DNA of 13,520 nucleotides from Hormiphora californensis (lineage: Eukaryota > Animalia > Ctenophora): assembly GCA_020137815.1 (NCBI GenBank), contig WFME01000030.1, positions 1 to 13,520 of the forward strand. The letters run 5' to 3'. Below the pieces are notes generated by a model. It did no database searches, was not told where the DNA came from, and was given only the letters and a program-made list of their open reading frames with translations. The stretch's first letter is position 1. Each line of letters begins with the position of its first letter. The translations under genes and the position numbers were made by a program. This document shows, piece by piece, positions 1 to 9,040 of the stretch.

Positions 1-424
1 CTTCCCCCTTAAACCCAGCGGGGGAATGAAAAGGGAATTACAACAAAAAAAGTTAAAAAAAATGCTAACACTTACTACAAGGTTGCCTAGCTAGACTGTG
101 TTTTGCGTGCCCGGAGGGGGGTTAAACAAACAACTACCAAGGCCAAAAATCCAAGTTAAAAACTTTGACCCCATTGGGTCAGGGCGGACAAAGCTAGGTC
201 ATTTTCAAAAACCCAAAACAAGTCACAACTTTGACAGAACACTAAAACAAGTCACAATTTCTTCAGTGGGACACTGGGGAGTAAAAAAAAGTAAGATAAA
301 ATGTGTGCCACCACAACATTCAAGCTCCCTTTGCAAAGAGTCCCGTTGTGCTTCCCTCTCTCTCCTTTAAAAACCGCTGGTCCACTGGACATACAGGGGT
401 CACGTGGGGGCAAGACAGATGATT

Positions 425-670
425 TGGGAGAAGAAAAAAGAAAGAAGGGGAGAGAGGGGGAGGGAGGGGAGAGAGAGGGGAAAGGGGGGGGGGGAAAGGG
501 GGAGGAGAGAGGGGGGGGAGGGGGAGGGAGGGGAAAGGGGGAGAGGGAGAAGAGGGGAAGGGAAAAAAGAGAGGAAAAAGAGGAAAGGGGGGGGGGGGAA
601 AGGAAAGAGGAGCACAAAATGATAAAAAAGAAAAAGGGAAAAAAGAAGAAAATTGATGAAAAAGAAAAGG
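425..670. repeat. Polypurine (G/A) low-complexity tract
   Basis: Almost exclusively G and A with long homopolymers. Confidence 0.9.
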
Positions 671-775
671 TTTTAGATTTGGGGAAAGATGCGGGCTTTT
701 TTCTTCCCCCTCTTCTCCCCCGGTTTTTCCCCAAAAAGGGGGTGGGGTTTTAAAAACCGAGAAGGAAGGGATAGA

Positions 776-803
776 TTCTCTCTTCTCTCTCTCTCTCTCT
801 CCT
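776..803. repeat. (CT)n microsatellite
   Basis: Direct reading of the sequence. Confidence 0.85.
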
Positions 804-1649
804 TCTATCCCCTTAAAACTCCTTTCTCCTTCCCCCTTTTATCAGGTTTTCGCACACGTGACAAACCCCTCCCCTTTCACACAAGTAACAAAATCCCCGA
901 AACCCCTTACTATCACCGCCCAAATTTATGCAAGGGGTAAGGGGGCCACGTGGGCCATTTTCAGTGCCCCCCACCAGTAAATGTTTTCCACACTATTACT
1001 GAGAGCTGCTGCAGTGCAGATATTAATACTGATAAAAAAAGCTCAATCATGGAGGAGGGGCCCCAAAAATTACAATCATGCACCGGAAGGGGGATGGAGC
1101 GAAAAGAGAAAGGGCCGGGATTTCGTATTTTATGCAGCATCAAGGGTGAATGTAAAGGGTGATTAGTAAGGGGAATTACTATAAATTTTTTCCCCGATCC
1201 AGATTGGGAAAAATTTTATCGGATTTGATCTGGGCCCAAAACCCCAATAGAGTAGCCCAAACTGTGATTTTATGAAATGAACCACACAAATCAGAATATG
1301 CCATTTCAAGAACACCATCAAATACCAGTTGGATCCTGGCCGTGGGGGACGGTATCAGGTATTCAGTTATTATCCCTCTTTCTCTCAGGATAATATATTG
1401 GTCTTAAAACCGGTTGAACGGTGGTTGATGTGCTGTTGTCTCGCGGTTCCAGTCTGGCAGAACCCGTTTTCATTATCAAAATCTGAGCACGCAACAGTTT
1501 GCTCAGATCGAGTTGGCGGCCTACCATATAGGTTTCCTGGACACTTTGTCCTATGCTAAGGTACAATGACAATGGACTGTTTTAAACTTCAGCCAGCTAA
1601 ACAGAGTGACAACAATTTTCCGTGACGGAAATGTACCGGTGTTAGTTCC

Positions 1650-1860
1650 TCACAGAGCCTCCCCCTCCCTGGATACAAGGAGTATCCAGTCCAGAATTGA
1701 GTTGTTATTTTGTCTGGTATATACAGGTACTGGGGGTCTCTCCGGCATCCCTTTTAACCATTCCCCAAGAAGTAATTTGAACGCAGTGAGGTTTTTGGCT
1801 GAGTTCAAATCACTTGGGAGAGTGTTCCATAGTCGGGTCGCTCCCTCATGGGCGCCGCTA
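1650..1860 (-). mobile_element. 5'-truncated non-LTR retrotransposon (LINE) ORF2 C-terminal fragment
   Basis: GATRLWNTLPSDLNSAKNLTAFKLLLGEWLKGMPERPPVPVY...NSILDW fits the LWNxLP...L..FK..L...L...P..P...Y....NS.LDW tail of invertebrate CR1/L2-group ORF2. Confidence 0.75.
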
Positions 1861-1931
1861 CGATCTGGGTGTTTGGTGGCCTGTTTACAAATGCACGCTT
1901 CCAAAAAAGTTGATTCACTAAAATGGCTTTA

Positions 1932-2139
1932 CGCTCCAGTTGCAAAATTGAAACTGACATCAGGTTTTTGAAGCTGGTGTCAGTTTCCAGCTGGTGAACC
2001 ATGCTGTGCGTGATCTTCGATCACTAGCCCGATTTTCGGTGTGATTTGCATTGAAAGTAGCGCTGCGCACAGTGTCAGCACGACGATTGTCATTTTGCAC
2101 CAAGAAACTGACGTCAGTTTCAAATTTGTAACTGGTCCC
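1932..2139. mobile_element. ~208-bp MITE, possibly PIF/Harbinger-derived
   Basis: Inverted repeats CCAGTTRCAAAWTTGAAACTGACRTCAG at 1936-1963 and 2108-2135. The right terminus reads GGGACC on the minus strand while the left terminus is degenerate. TTA lies at 1929-1931 and 2140-2142. Confidence 0.65.
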
Positions 2140-3180
2140 TTAACCGCCAAACCACTCAACCGTTTTGACTAATTCAAAGTTTATCTCGTAGAAAATATCA
2201 AGGCCAAACCCCAAAACCAAACCCTAACCCTACATTAGCCCTAACCCTAAAAAACCGATTGTTTTTATTTGCGCCTCGGAAACTTGTTTTGGCTCTCAGT
2301 TCTCACGCCTTTCACGGTCGCTTGTAGTGGGAAAACGGTAATGGACAACGGAGATACAGTAAGACGACGTGCAACTGTAGCCAATCAGGGTGCTAATACA
2401 TGCTAAACAAATGCACTTTTTGCCGCACGTTATGCAAAGTGTGCGTCTCATTACTGTATTTCCATTACAGTAATACGACTACAAGCAGCACTGTTTGTTT
2501 CTTGACCAGTTTCATCAAACAAAAACTTTACGGGCTCACAATTCACAAAATTGTGCTCTTTCCGATGATATGCGGCTTTTTGCCGAAAATTTAGAGCAAG
2601 TGGGGGCTGTCACACGCAAATACGACGCCGGGCGTGAAAAGGGGGTGACAACTTTAAAAAATCCGACTTTATAGCGCTTTTCAAAAGAAAAAAAAACGAG
2701 TTGAAATTCTTGAAGTTCCAACTTTTCAAGCATTTTTCAATACAACTCGGTTTTTCTCAAATTTTGTGCGCGGCGCGACATTTTGCAAGAAATAAATTCG
2801 CGGCTTTTGATTTGCGCGCGCCAAAGAAGCTCTGGCAAGGACCGCCGAATTCGTTTGTCCTGTTTGCAGATTGATAACTTTAACTTGTCCATAACTTGCA
2901 AGCATTTTGCTTGAAGCTGAAGCACCCGTCGCGTAAAACAGTGATAATATAATCATTCATCACGATCTAATACCGTCATATTGATTGATGTTGACTGTTG
3001 AAATTGAAAAAATGTTCTTTGGGTTGAGAAAATGAATTTGGGAATACATTTAACACATGGATCAGAAACTAACACAAATGATCTCTAGATAACTTGTCAA
3101 CAAACATTTTCAAATGACAAATCCAGGAAGATAACATTAACATATATGAAGTCAACTATTCATATATTCCAGGTCGCATA

Positions 3181-3186
3181 TTTAAT
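3181..3186 (-). promoter_or_regulatory. Candidate COPA polyadenylation signal (ATTAAA)
   Basis: Variant hexamer about 115 nt downstream of the stop in AT-rich sequence. Position is the only support. Confidence 0.3.
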
Positions 3187-3300
3187 CATATTTGAAAAAA
3201 AGGATACATTACTTATATACTTTTCACACGTATGGTATATTATATTGATCTAAACTCCCAATAATTAAATTATCCGATGGTAAAATTTGCCGAAATCTCT

Positions 3301-3360
3301 CTATCTGAACTGTCCTGGGAAGATCCGTAGTCCGATGGTTTCTTTTCCAACTTCAGAAAC
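3301..3360 (-). CDS. COPA: Coatomer subunit alpha terminal coding exon (VSEVGKETIGLRIFPGQFR*)
   Basis: ttttttag|GTT, 19 codons plus TAG. Resembles the animal alpha-COP C-terminus (VxExGKxxIGLRIxPxQFR). Too short for the ORF track. Confidence 0.93.
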   Translation of the reverse strand, partial: VSEVGKETIGLRIFPGQFR

Positions 3361-3958
3361 CTAAAAAAGGGCAGAAGATGTTAGAGAAATGGACTATTCT
3401 GTGTATGACATTTTGATTTGATTTGTGTATGACAAACTAATGATCAGTAATAAGAAGAGTGATACCGGCGGCCTCTTACAGTGGTCCTCCGACATATTCC
3501 GACGTGAAATTCGACCTAGATCTCGACCTGGAATGAGCCGCGCATCAGAGAGATGTGCCGGGGGGGTACCAACCTATTTTTTTGTATTTTTTTGTATTTT
3601 TTTGTACGGTCCGTACAAAAAAATAACCAAAATTCCCTGCTTTTTCCGTACAAAAAATACAAAAAAATACAAAAAAATATACTGCTGAAGGGAACTTCTT
3701 TAGGGCCCCCTATAAGTCTCTAGAGGTTTGCGGGGTCCTTATACTGGCCTGTATAGCCCTCTAGTTTCGTAGTACTCATAATCCCGGTGTCCCAGCATAT
3801 TTTTTGGCCGAGAATGGCCAAAATTTATCCCCATTTTGGCGATTTTTTCCCGTGGTCTAAGTTAGTTTGATAATAGTTCAAGATAGTGGAACTTTAATTA
3901 AATAGTCTAAAAACGGTTGAGGTTTTGAATCTAATTTTTTTTAAAGTTTTGAAAAAAA

Positions 3959-4031
3959 TGGTCCGGGCGAGTTTCGAACCCGGGACCTTCCGCGTGTCAA
4001 GCAGATGTAATAACCACTACACCATGGAGGA
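3959..4031 (-). pseudogene. tRNA-Val(GAC)-like sequence (pseudo-tRNA or tRNA-derived Pol III unit)
   Basis: A box TGGTGTAGTGG, anticodon arm TCTGC-TTGACAC-GCGGA, B box GGTTCGAAAC, and T7 immediately downstream. The acceptor stem (TCCTCCA/CCGGACC) mostly does not pair. Confidence 0.8.
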
Positions 4032-4251
4032 GCTGACATGACCGCGATTTGAGAGTATACCTTACTCTCCAAAATTAAGAACAAGCTTTTAAGCAACCCA
4101 AAATTAAAATATAGGAAAATTAAGGGTCCTCTTATTACTAACTCTAAAATTAAGCAAAATTAAGCAACCCTGGAGGGTGCAGATCACGAATTAAGAAACC
4201 TGTTATTAAGCAAACTTTTATTAGGGAAATCCTACAGAGAGAGTGTTTGGG

Positions 4252-4283
4252 AAGAGTCACGTGATGTACATCACGTGACTCTT
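4252..4283. promoter_or_regulatory. Perfect 32-bp palindrome with two GTCACGTGA E-boxes, followed by a CCAAT motif
   Basis: AAGAGTCACGTGATGT|ACATCACGTGACTCTT, with AGCCAAT at 4287-4293. The palindrome is directly visible; regulatory function is inference. Confidence 0.55.
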
Positions 4284-4519
4284 TCCAGCCAATAGCGCGC
4301 GAGTGTAAGATGTAGAAGGGGGAGTCATGGTTGTGTTGCAAAGCATCGAGATAAAAAGCAATCTCGGGCATGACTAAAATTTGAGAATTGAGAATTGAGA
4401 AAAATTAAAATGCATGAAACTCCATTTTCTGACTACAGTATGTCTGTCTATCTGTCAGTCTATCGGTCTATCTGTCTTGCTCAGAGTCTTCTTTGTGTTG
4501 AAAGACAGAGGTAAATCTT

Positions 4520-4718
4520 AGAAAGAAAGAGAGAGGGAGAGAACGGGAGAGAGAGAGAGGAGAGAGAGAGATGAGGATCGAGAGAGAGAGAGAGAGCAGG
4601 GCAGAGAAGAGAGAGCCCGAGAGGAGGAGAGATCGATGAGAGATCGAGAGAGGAGATAGAGTAGAGGAGAGGAGTGAGAGAGACTGAGGAGAGAAGAGAG
4701 AGAGAGAGAGAGAGGAGG

Positions 4719-4752
<34 letters not shown>

Positions 4753-4796
4753 GGAGAGGAGAGAGAGAGGAGAGAGAGAGAGAGTGTGTGTGAGAG
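4520..4796. repeat. Degenerate (GA)n microsatellite
   Basis: Interrupted GA dinucleotide tract; source of the Leu/Ser-rich spurious ORFs. Confidence 0.93.
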
Positions 4797-5660
4797 ATGA
4801 GAACGCTTGTAGACATTGTGATCATGTCGAGATCCCAATTCCAGTCACGTGATATAACGAGAAAGGGAGAGAGTGATACGTTGAAGTAGAGAGCATCTAG
4901 TCTGTCTGGTTTTCTACAGCTTGTTACCACTTCCAGACACCATGATCATGTCTGCTGGTTTCAAGATGGAAAAGGAGAGCTGTAGCCCTACAGTAACACG
5001 TGACGTATGCGTGTTCAAGGCCTCATTAGCCCACTAGATGCAGCTGGACATGTGATCTTTGAGGGGTAAAATGACCTAAATTTGGCCTAATTAGAGCGTG
5101 TTACATCACTTTAAACAGTTCCTGTGAACAAATGGTAAAATGTAGCAACTCGTAAAGCAGACAAAACATTCGAAATCGTCTTATCTGTCTCTCCTAAAAA
5201 TTTGAACTCTCTATCTCATTAGACTCCAGAGATATGACTGTGTAAAGTTGGAGGAGGTTTTTGGACAATAGATTCAATCAGGAACATTGAAATTTGCTGT
5301 AAAACTAGGAGAAAATTGCTACAACCTAGTTTTATCATGTCCCAAAATTTGAAGTCGAAAGATGCCATAGTTTTCACGCAATTCGTAATATACCAGTCTC
5401 AGTCATTTAAAATCACACAGTAGTTTACCACTGTACCGGCCGTTTCACTCTCCGACCTAAAACAAAAATCGCAACCCCACAAAACTTCAAAATAATGAAA
5501 TTCGCATCTCGCATGTCGTGTTGCATGTCGTGTTGCATGTCGTGTCATGTTATTGACGCGCTCGCGTTCAACTCTCACACAGCAGCTGCAGAACATGGCG
5601 GGAAACATCGAGGAGTAGAGAGAGGGTCGGTGCCGAATCAAATATTTCTTGATCTTGATC

Positions 5661-7393
5661 TACTCCATCTCTCAGCTATCCTACCCCTCATCAACTCGAT
5701 CTCTCAGCTACCCTACCCCTCATCTACTCCATCTTTCAGCTACCCTACCCCTCATCTACTCCATCTTTCAGCTACCCTACCCCTTATCTAGTCCATCTCT
5801 CAGCTACCCTACTCCTCATCTACTCCATCTCTCAGCTTCCCTATTAGGGAAGCATAGAGATGGAAACGATTAGGGGTAGGGAATCCCTATCCATAATCGT
5901 TTCCATCTCTATGCTTCCCTAGCCCTCATCAACTCCATCTTTCAGCTACCCTACCCCTAATCTAGTCCATCTCTCCGCTACCCTACTCCTCATCTACTCC
6001 ATCTCTCAGCTACCCTACCTCCCATTTACTCCATCTCTCAGCTACCCTACCTCCCATTTAGTCCATCTCTCAGCTTCCCTACCTCCCATTTACTCCATCT
6101 CTCAGCTTACCTACCTCCCATTTACTCCATATCTCAGCTTCCCTACCTCCCATTTACTCCATCTCTCAGATACCCTACCTCCCATTTACTCCATCTCTCA
6201 GCTTACCTACCTCCCATTTACTCCATCTCTCAGCTTCCCTACCTCCCATTCACTCCATCTCTCAGCTTCCCTACCTCCCATTTACTCCATCGCTTACCTT
6301 CCCTACCTCCCATTCACTCCATCTCTCAGCTACCATACCTCCCATTTACTCCATCTCTCAGCTTCCCTACCTCCCATTTACTCCATCTCTCAGCTTCCCT
6401 ACCTCCCATTTACTCCATCCCTGCCTCCCATTTACTCCATCTCTCAGCTACCCTACCTCCCATTTACTCCATCTCTCAGCTACCCTACCTCCCATTTACT
6501 CCATCTCTCAGCTTCCCTACCTCCCATTCACTCCATCTCTCAGCTTCCCTACCTCCCATTTACTCCATTCCTTAGCTACCCTACCTCCCATTTGATCCAT
6601 CTCTCAGCTACCCTACCTCCCATTTACTCCATCTCTCAGCTTCCCTACCTCCCATTCACTCCATCTCTCAGCTTCCCTACCTCCCATTTACTCCATCCCT
6701 CAGCTACCCTACCTCCCATTTGATCCATCTCTCAGCTTCCCTACTTCCCATTTACTCCATCTCTCAGCTACCCTACCTCCCATTTACTCCATTTCTCAGC
6801 TTCCCTACCTCCCATTTACTCCATCTCTCAGCTGCCCTACCTCCCATTTACTCCATCTCTCAGCTTCCCTACCTCCCATTTACTCCATCCCTGCCTCCCA
6901 TTTACTCCATCTCTCAGCTACCCTACCTCCCATTTACTCCATCTCTCAACTTCCCTACCTCCCATTCACTCCATCTCTCAGCTTCCCTACCTCCCATTTA
7001 CTCCATCCCTCAGCTACCCTACCTCCCATTTGATCCATCTCTCAGCTTCCCTACCTCCCATTTACTCCATCTCTCAGCTACCCTACCTCCCATTTACTCC
7101 ATTTCTCAGCTTCCCTACCTCTCATTTACTCCATCTCTCAGCTTCCGTACCTCCCATTTACTCCATCTCTCAGCTTCCCTACCTCCCATTTACTCCATCG
7201 CTTACCTTCCCTACCTCCCATTTACTCCATCTCTCAGCTTCCCTACCTCCCATTTACTCCATCTCTCAGCTTACCTACCTCCCATTTACTCCATCTCTCA
7301 GCTGCCCTACCTCCCATTTACTCCATCTCTCCGTTTCCCTACCTCCCATTTACTCCATCTCTCAGCTTCCTTACCTCCCATTTACTCCATCTC
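5661..7393 (+). repeat. 32-bp minisatellite array, left arm (about 50 units)
   Basis: Unit TACTCCATCTCTCAGCTWCCCTACCTCCCATT, with outer variant ending ...CCCCTCATC. The 32-aa periodicity in ORFs 6720..7400 and 7030..7455 equals 3 units. Confidence 0.97.
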
Positions 7394-7400
7394 AAGGTAA

Positions 7401-8195
7401 GAGATGGAGTAAATGGGAGGAAGGGAAGCTGAGAGATGGAGTAAATGGGAGGTAGGGAAGCTGAGAGATGGAGTAAATGGGAGGTAGGTAAGCTGAGAGA
7501 TGGAGTAAATGGGAGGTAGGGAAGCTGAGAGATGGAGTAAATGGGAGGTAGGGAAGCTGAGAGATGGAGTATTTATGGGAGGTAAGGAAGCTGAGAGATG
7601 GAGTAAATGGGAGGTAGGGAAGCTGAGAGATGGAGTAAATGGGAGGTAGGTAAGCTGAGAGATGGAGTAAATGGGAGGTAGGGTATCTGAGAGATGGAGT
7701 AAATGGGAGGTAGGGAAGCTGAGATATGGAGTAAATGGGAGGTAGGTAAGCTGAGAGATGGAGTAAATGGGAGGTAGGGAAGCTGAGAGATGGACTAAAT
7801 GGGAGGTAGGGTAGCTGAGAGATGGAGTTAATGGGAGGTAGGGTAGCTGAGAGATGGAGTAGATGAGGAGTAGGGTAGCGGAGAGATGGACTAGATTAGG
7901 GGTAGGGTAGCTGAAAGATGGAGTTGATGAGGGCTAGGGAAGCATAGAGATGGAAACGATTATGGATAGGGATACCCTACCCCTAATCGTTTCCATCTCT
8001 ATGCTTCCCTAATAGGGAAGCTGAGAGATGGAGTAGATGAGCAGTAGGGTAGCTGAGAGATGGACTAGATAAGGGGTAGGGTAGCTGAAAGATGGAGTAG
8101 ATGAGGGGTAGGGTAGCTGAAAGATGGAGTAGATGAGGGGTAGGGTAGCTGAGAGATCGAGTTGATGAGTGGTAGGATAGCTGAGAGATGGAGTA
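7401..8195 (-). repeat. 32-bp minisatellite array, inverted right arm (about 22 units)
   Basis: Tandem GAGATGGAGTAAATGGGAGGTAGGGAAGCTGA, the reverse complement of the left-arm unit. Confidence 0.97.
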
Positions 8196-8769
8196 GATCA
8201 AGATCAAGAAATATTTGATTCGGCACCGACCCTCTCTCTACTCCTCGATGTTTCCCGCCATGTTCTGCAGCTGCTGTGTGAGAGTTGAACGCGAGCGCGT
8301 CAATAACATGACACGACATGCAACACGACATGCAACACGACATGCGAGATGCGAATTTCATTATTTTGAAGTTTTGTGGGGTTGCGATTTTTGTTTTAGG
8401 TCGGAGAGTGAAACGGCCGGTACAGTGGTAAACTAGATTAAAAACTGTACGCCTCATTAGACGGCGATTTTTCCTATCTTGTCTGGTTCCTGAGATATGG
8501 CCCCCTAAAGAGTTGGTGTCTGAAACTGCTGAATCGGGGTCACGCGAGGAAAATGGGCATCAGTTTGCGTGTACTGCTCCGTTTTTCACGGGACTTGAAC
8601 GAGGGTGACGGCAAGAGTCTCACCTATTACATGGTATCCTTACATTGTGTATTAAATCTAAAATGACTGAGCAGCATGCTTGTTAATGAACCTTGACGTG
8701 TTTGCTTGTCTCGCAAGCGCGCTCGCGACTAGCAAACACGACATGCAGTTCACACCCTGATAAAGCTTG

Positions 8770-9040
8770 GGCACTATCCCGACATATTTTTGCACGCTGA
8801 ATCACGTGAGCTACTTTTTAAAGTGCTCAGAGGTGAGGAAAGTGCCCTAATTGGCCATAATTGAACCTAATTGGTCAAAAATTGAAATTTCATAGAACTT
8901 CTATTAGAAGACATTGAATAGTCAAGTTTGAGCACTAACCCCACTAATTTTGGTACGCTGAGTTACGTGAGCTACTTTTTGAAATCCTCTGATGCCAATT
9001 AAGGGTGCTAATTGACATAATTGGATGTTAATTGGTAATG
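8770..9040. repeat. Diverged ~161-bp tandem duplication inside the Foldback-like element
   Basis: ACGCTGARTYACGTGAGCTACTTTTT at 8794 and 8955, each followed by CTAATTG...TAATTG...TAATTGGT motifs. Confidence 0.7.

Larger units (their letters stand above)
5421..8435. repeat. ~3-kb asymmetric palindrome (arms 5421-7393 and 7401-8435, 7-nt spacer AAGGTAA)
   Basis: The unique ~240-bp outer segments are reverse complements (mirror ORFs 5399..5641 - and 8215..8436 +). Diagnostic satellite variants occur in mirrored order, and I saw only about 4 substitutions in the ~800 alignable bp. Confidence 0.97.

Noticed and set aside
252-940. Overlapping Gly/Glu/Arg- and Pro/Phe/Ser-rich ORFs
   Set aside because: Products of the polypurine low-complexity tract.
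2222-2250. Telomere-like CCCTAA repeats
   Set aside because: Only three or four interrupted copies, too few to call an interstitial telomere.
2530-2960. CGCG- and T-run-rich stretch suggestive of a DNA transposon remnant
   Set aside because: I could not define termini, TIRs or a TSD.
3400-3434. 11-bp direct repeat TGTGTATGACA in the last intron
   Set aside because: Most likely a small local duplication with no further structure.
3959-4031. Functional tRNA-Val gene
   Set aside because: The acceptor stem mostly does not pair, the T-stem has a terminal mismatch, and the anticodon is atypical. Kept as a pseudo-tRNA.
4441-4476. Degenerate TCTR/GTCT tetranucleotide tract reminiscent of DINE-1/Helentron elements
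   Set aside because: Short and degenerate, with no accompanying subterminal repeats identified.
4481-4930. Leu/Ser-rich ORFs
   Set aside because: Translation of the GA microsatellite.
5661-8195. CRISPR-like array (32-bp repeats)
   Set aside because: Units are contiguous with no unique spacers, there are no cas genes, and the context is a eukaryotic intron.
5421-8435. Inner palindrome as an independent transposon
   Set aside because: No target-site duplication at its ends (ACACAG versus GATTAA), and it shares motifs with the flanking element sequence.
5649-8457. Long ORFs with 32-aa periodicity (e.g. 6720..7400, 226 aa) and their mirror ORFs
   Set aside because: They are translations of a stop-poor 32-bp minisatellite and its inverted copy, with no domain content.
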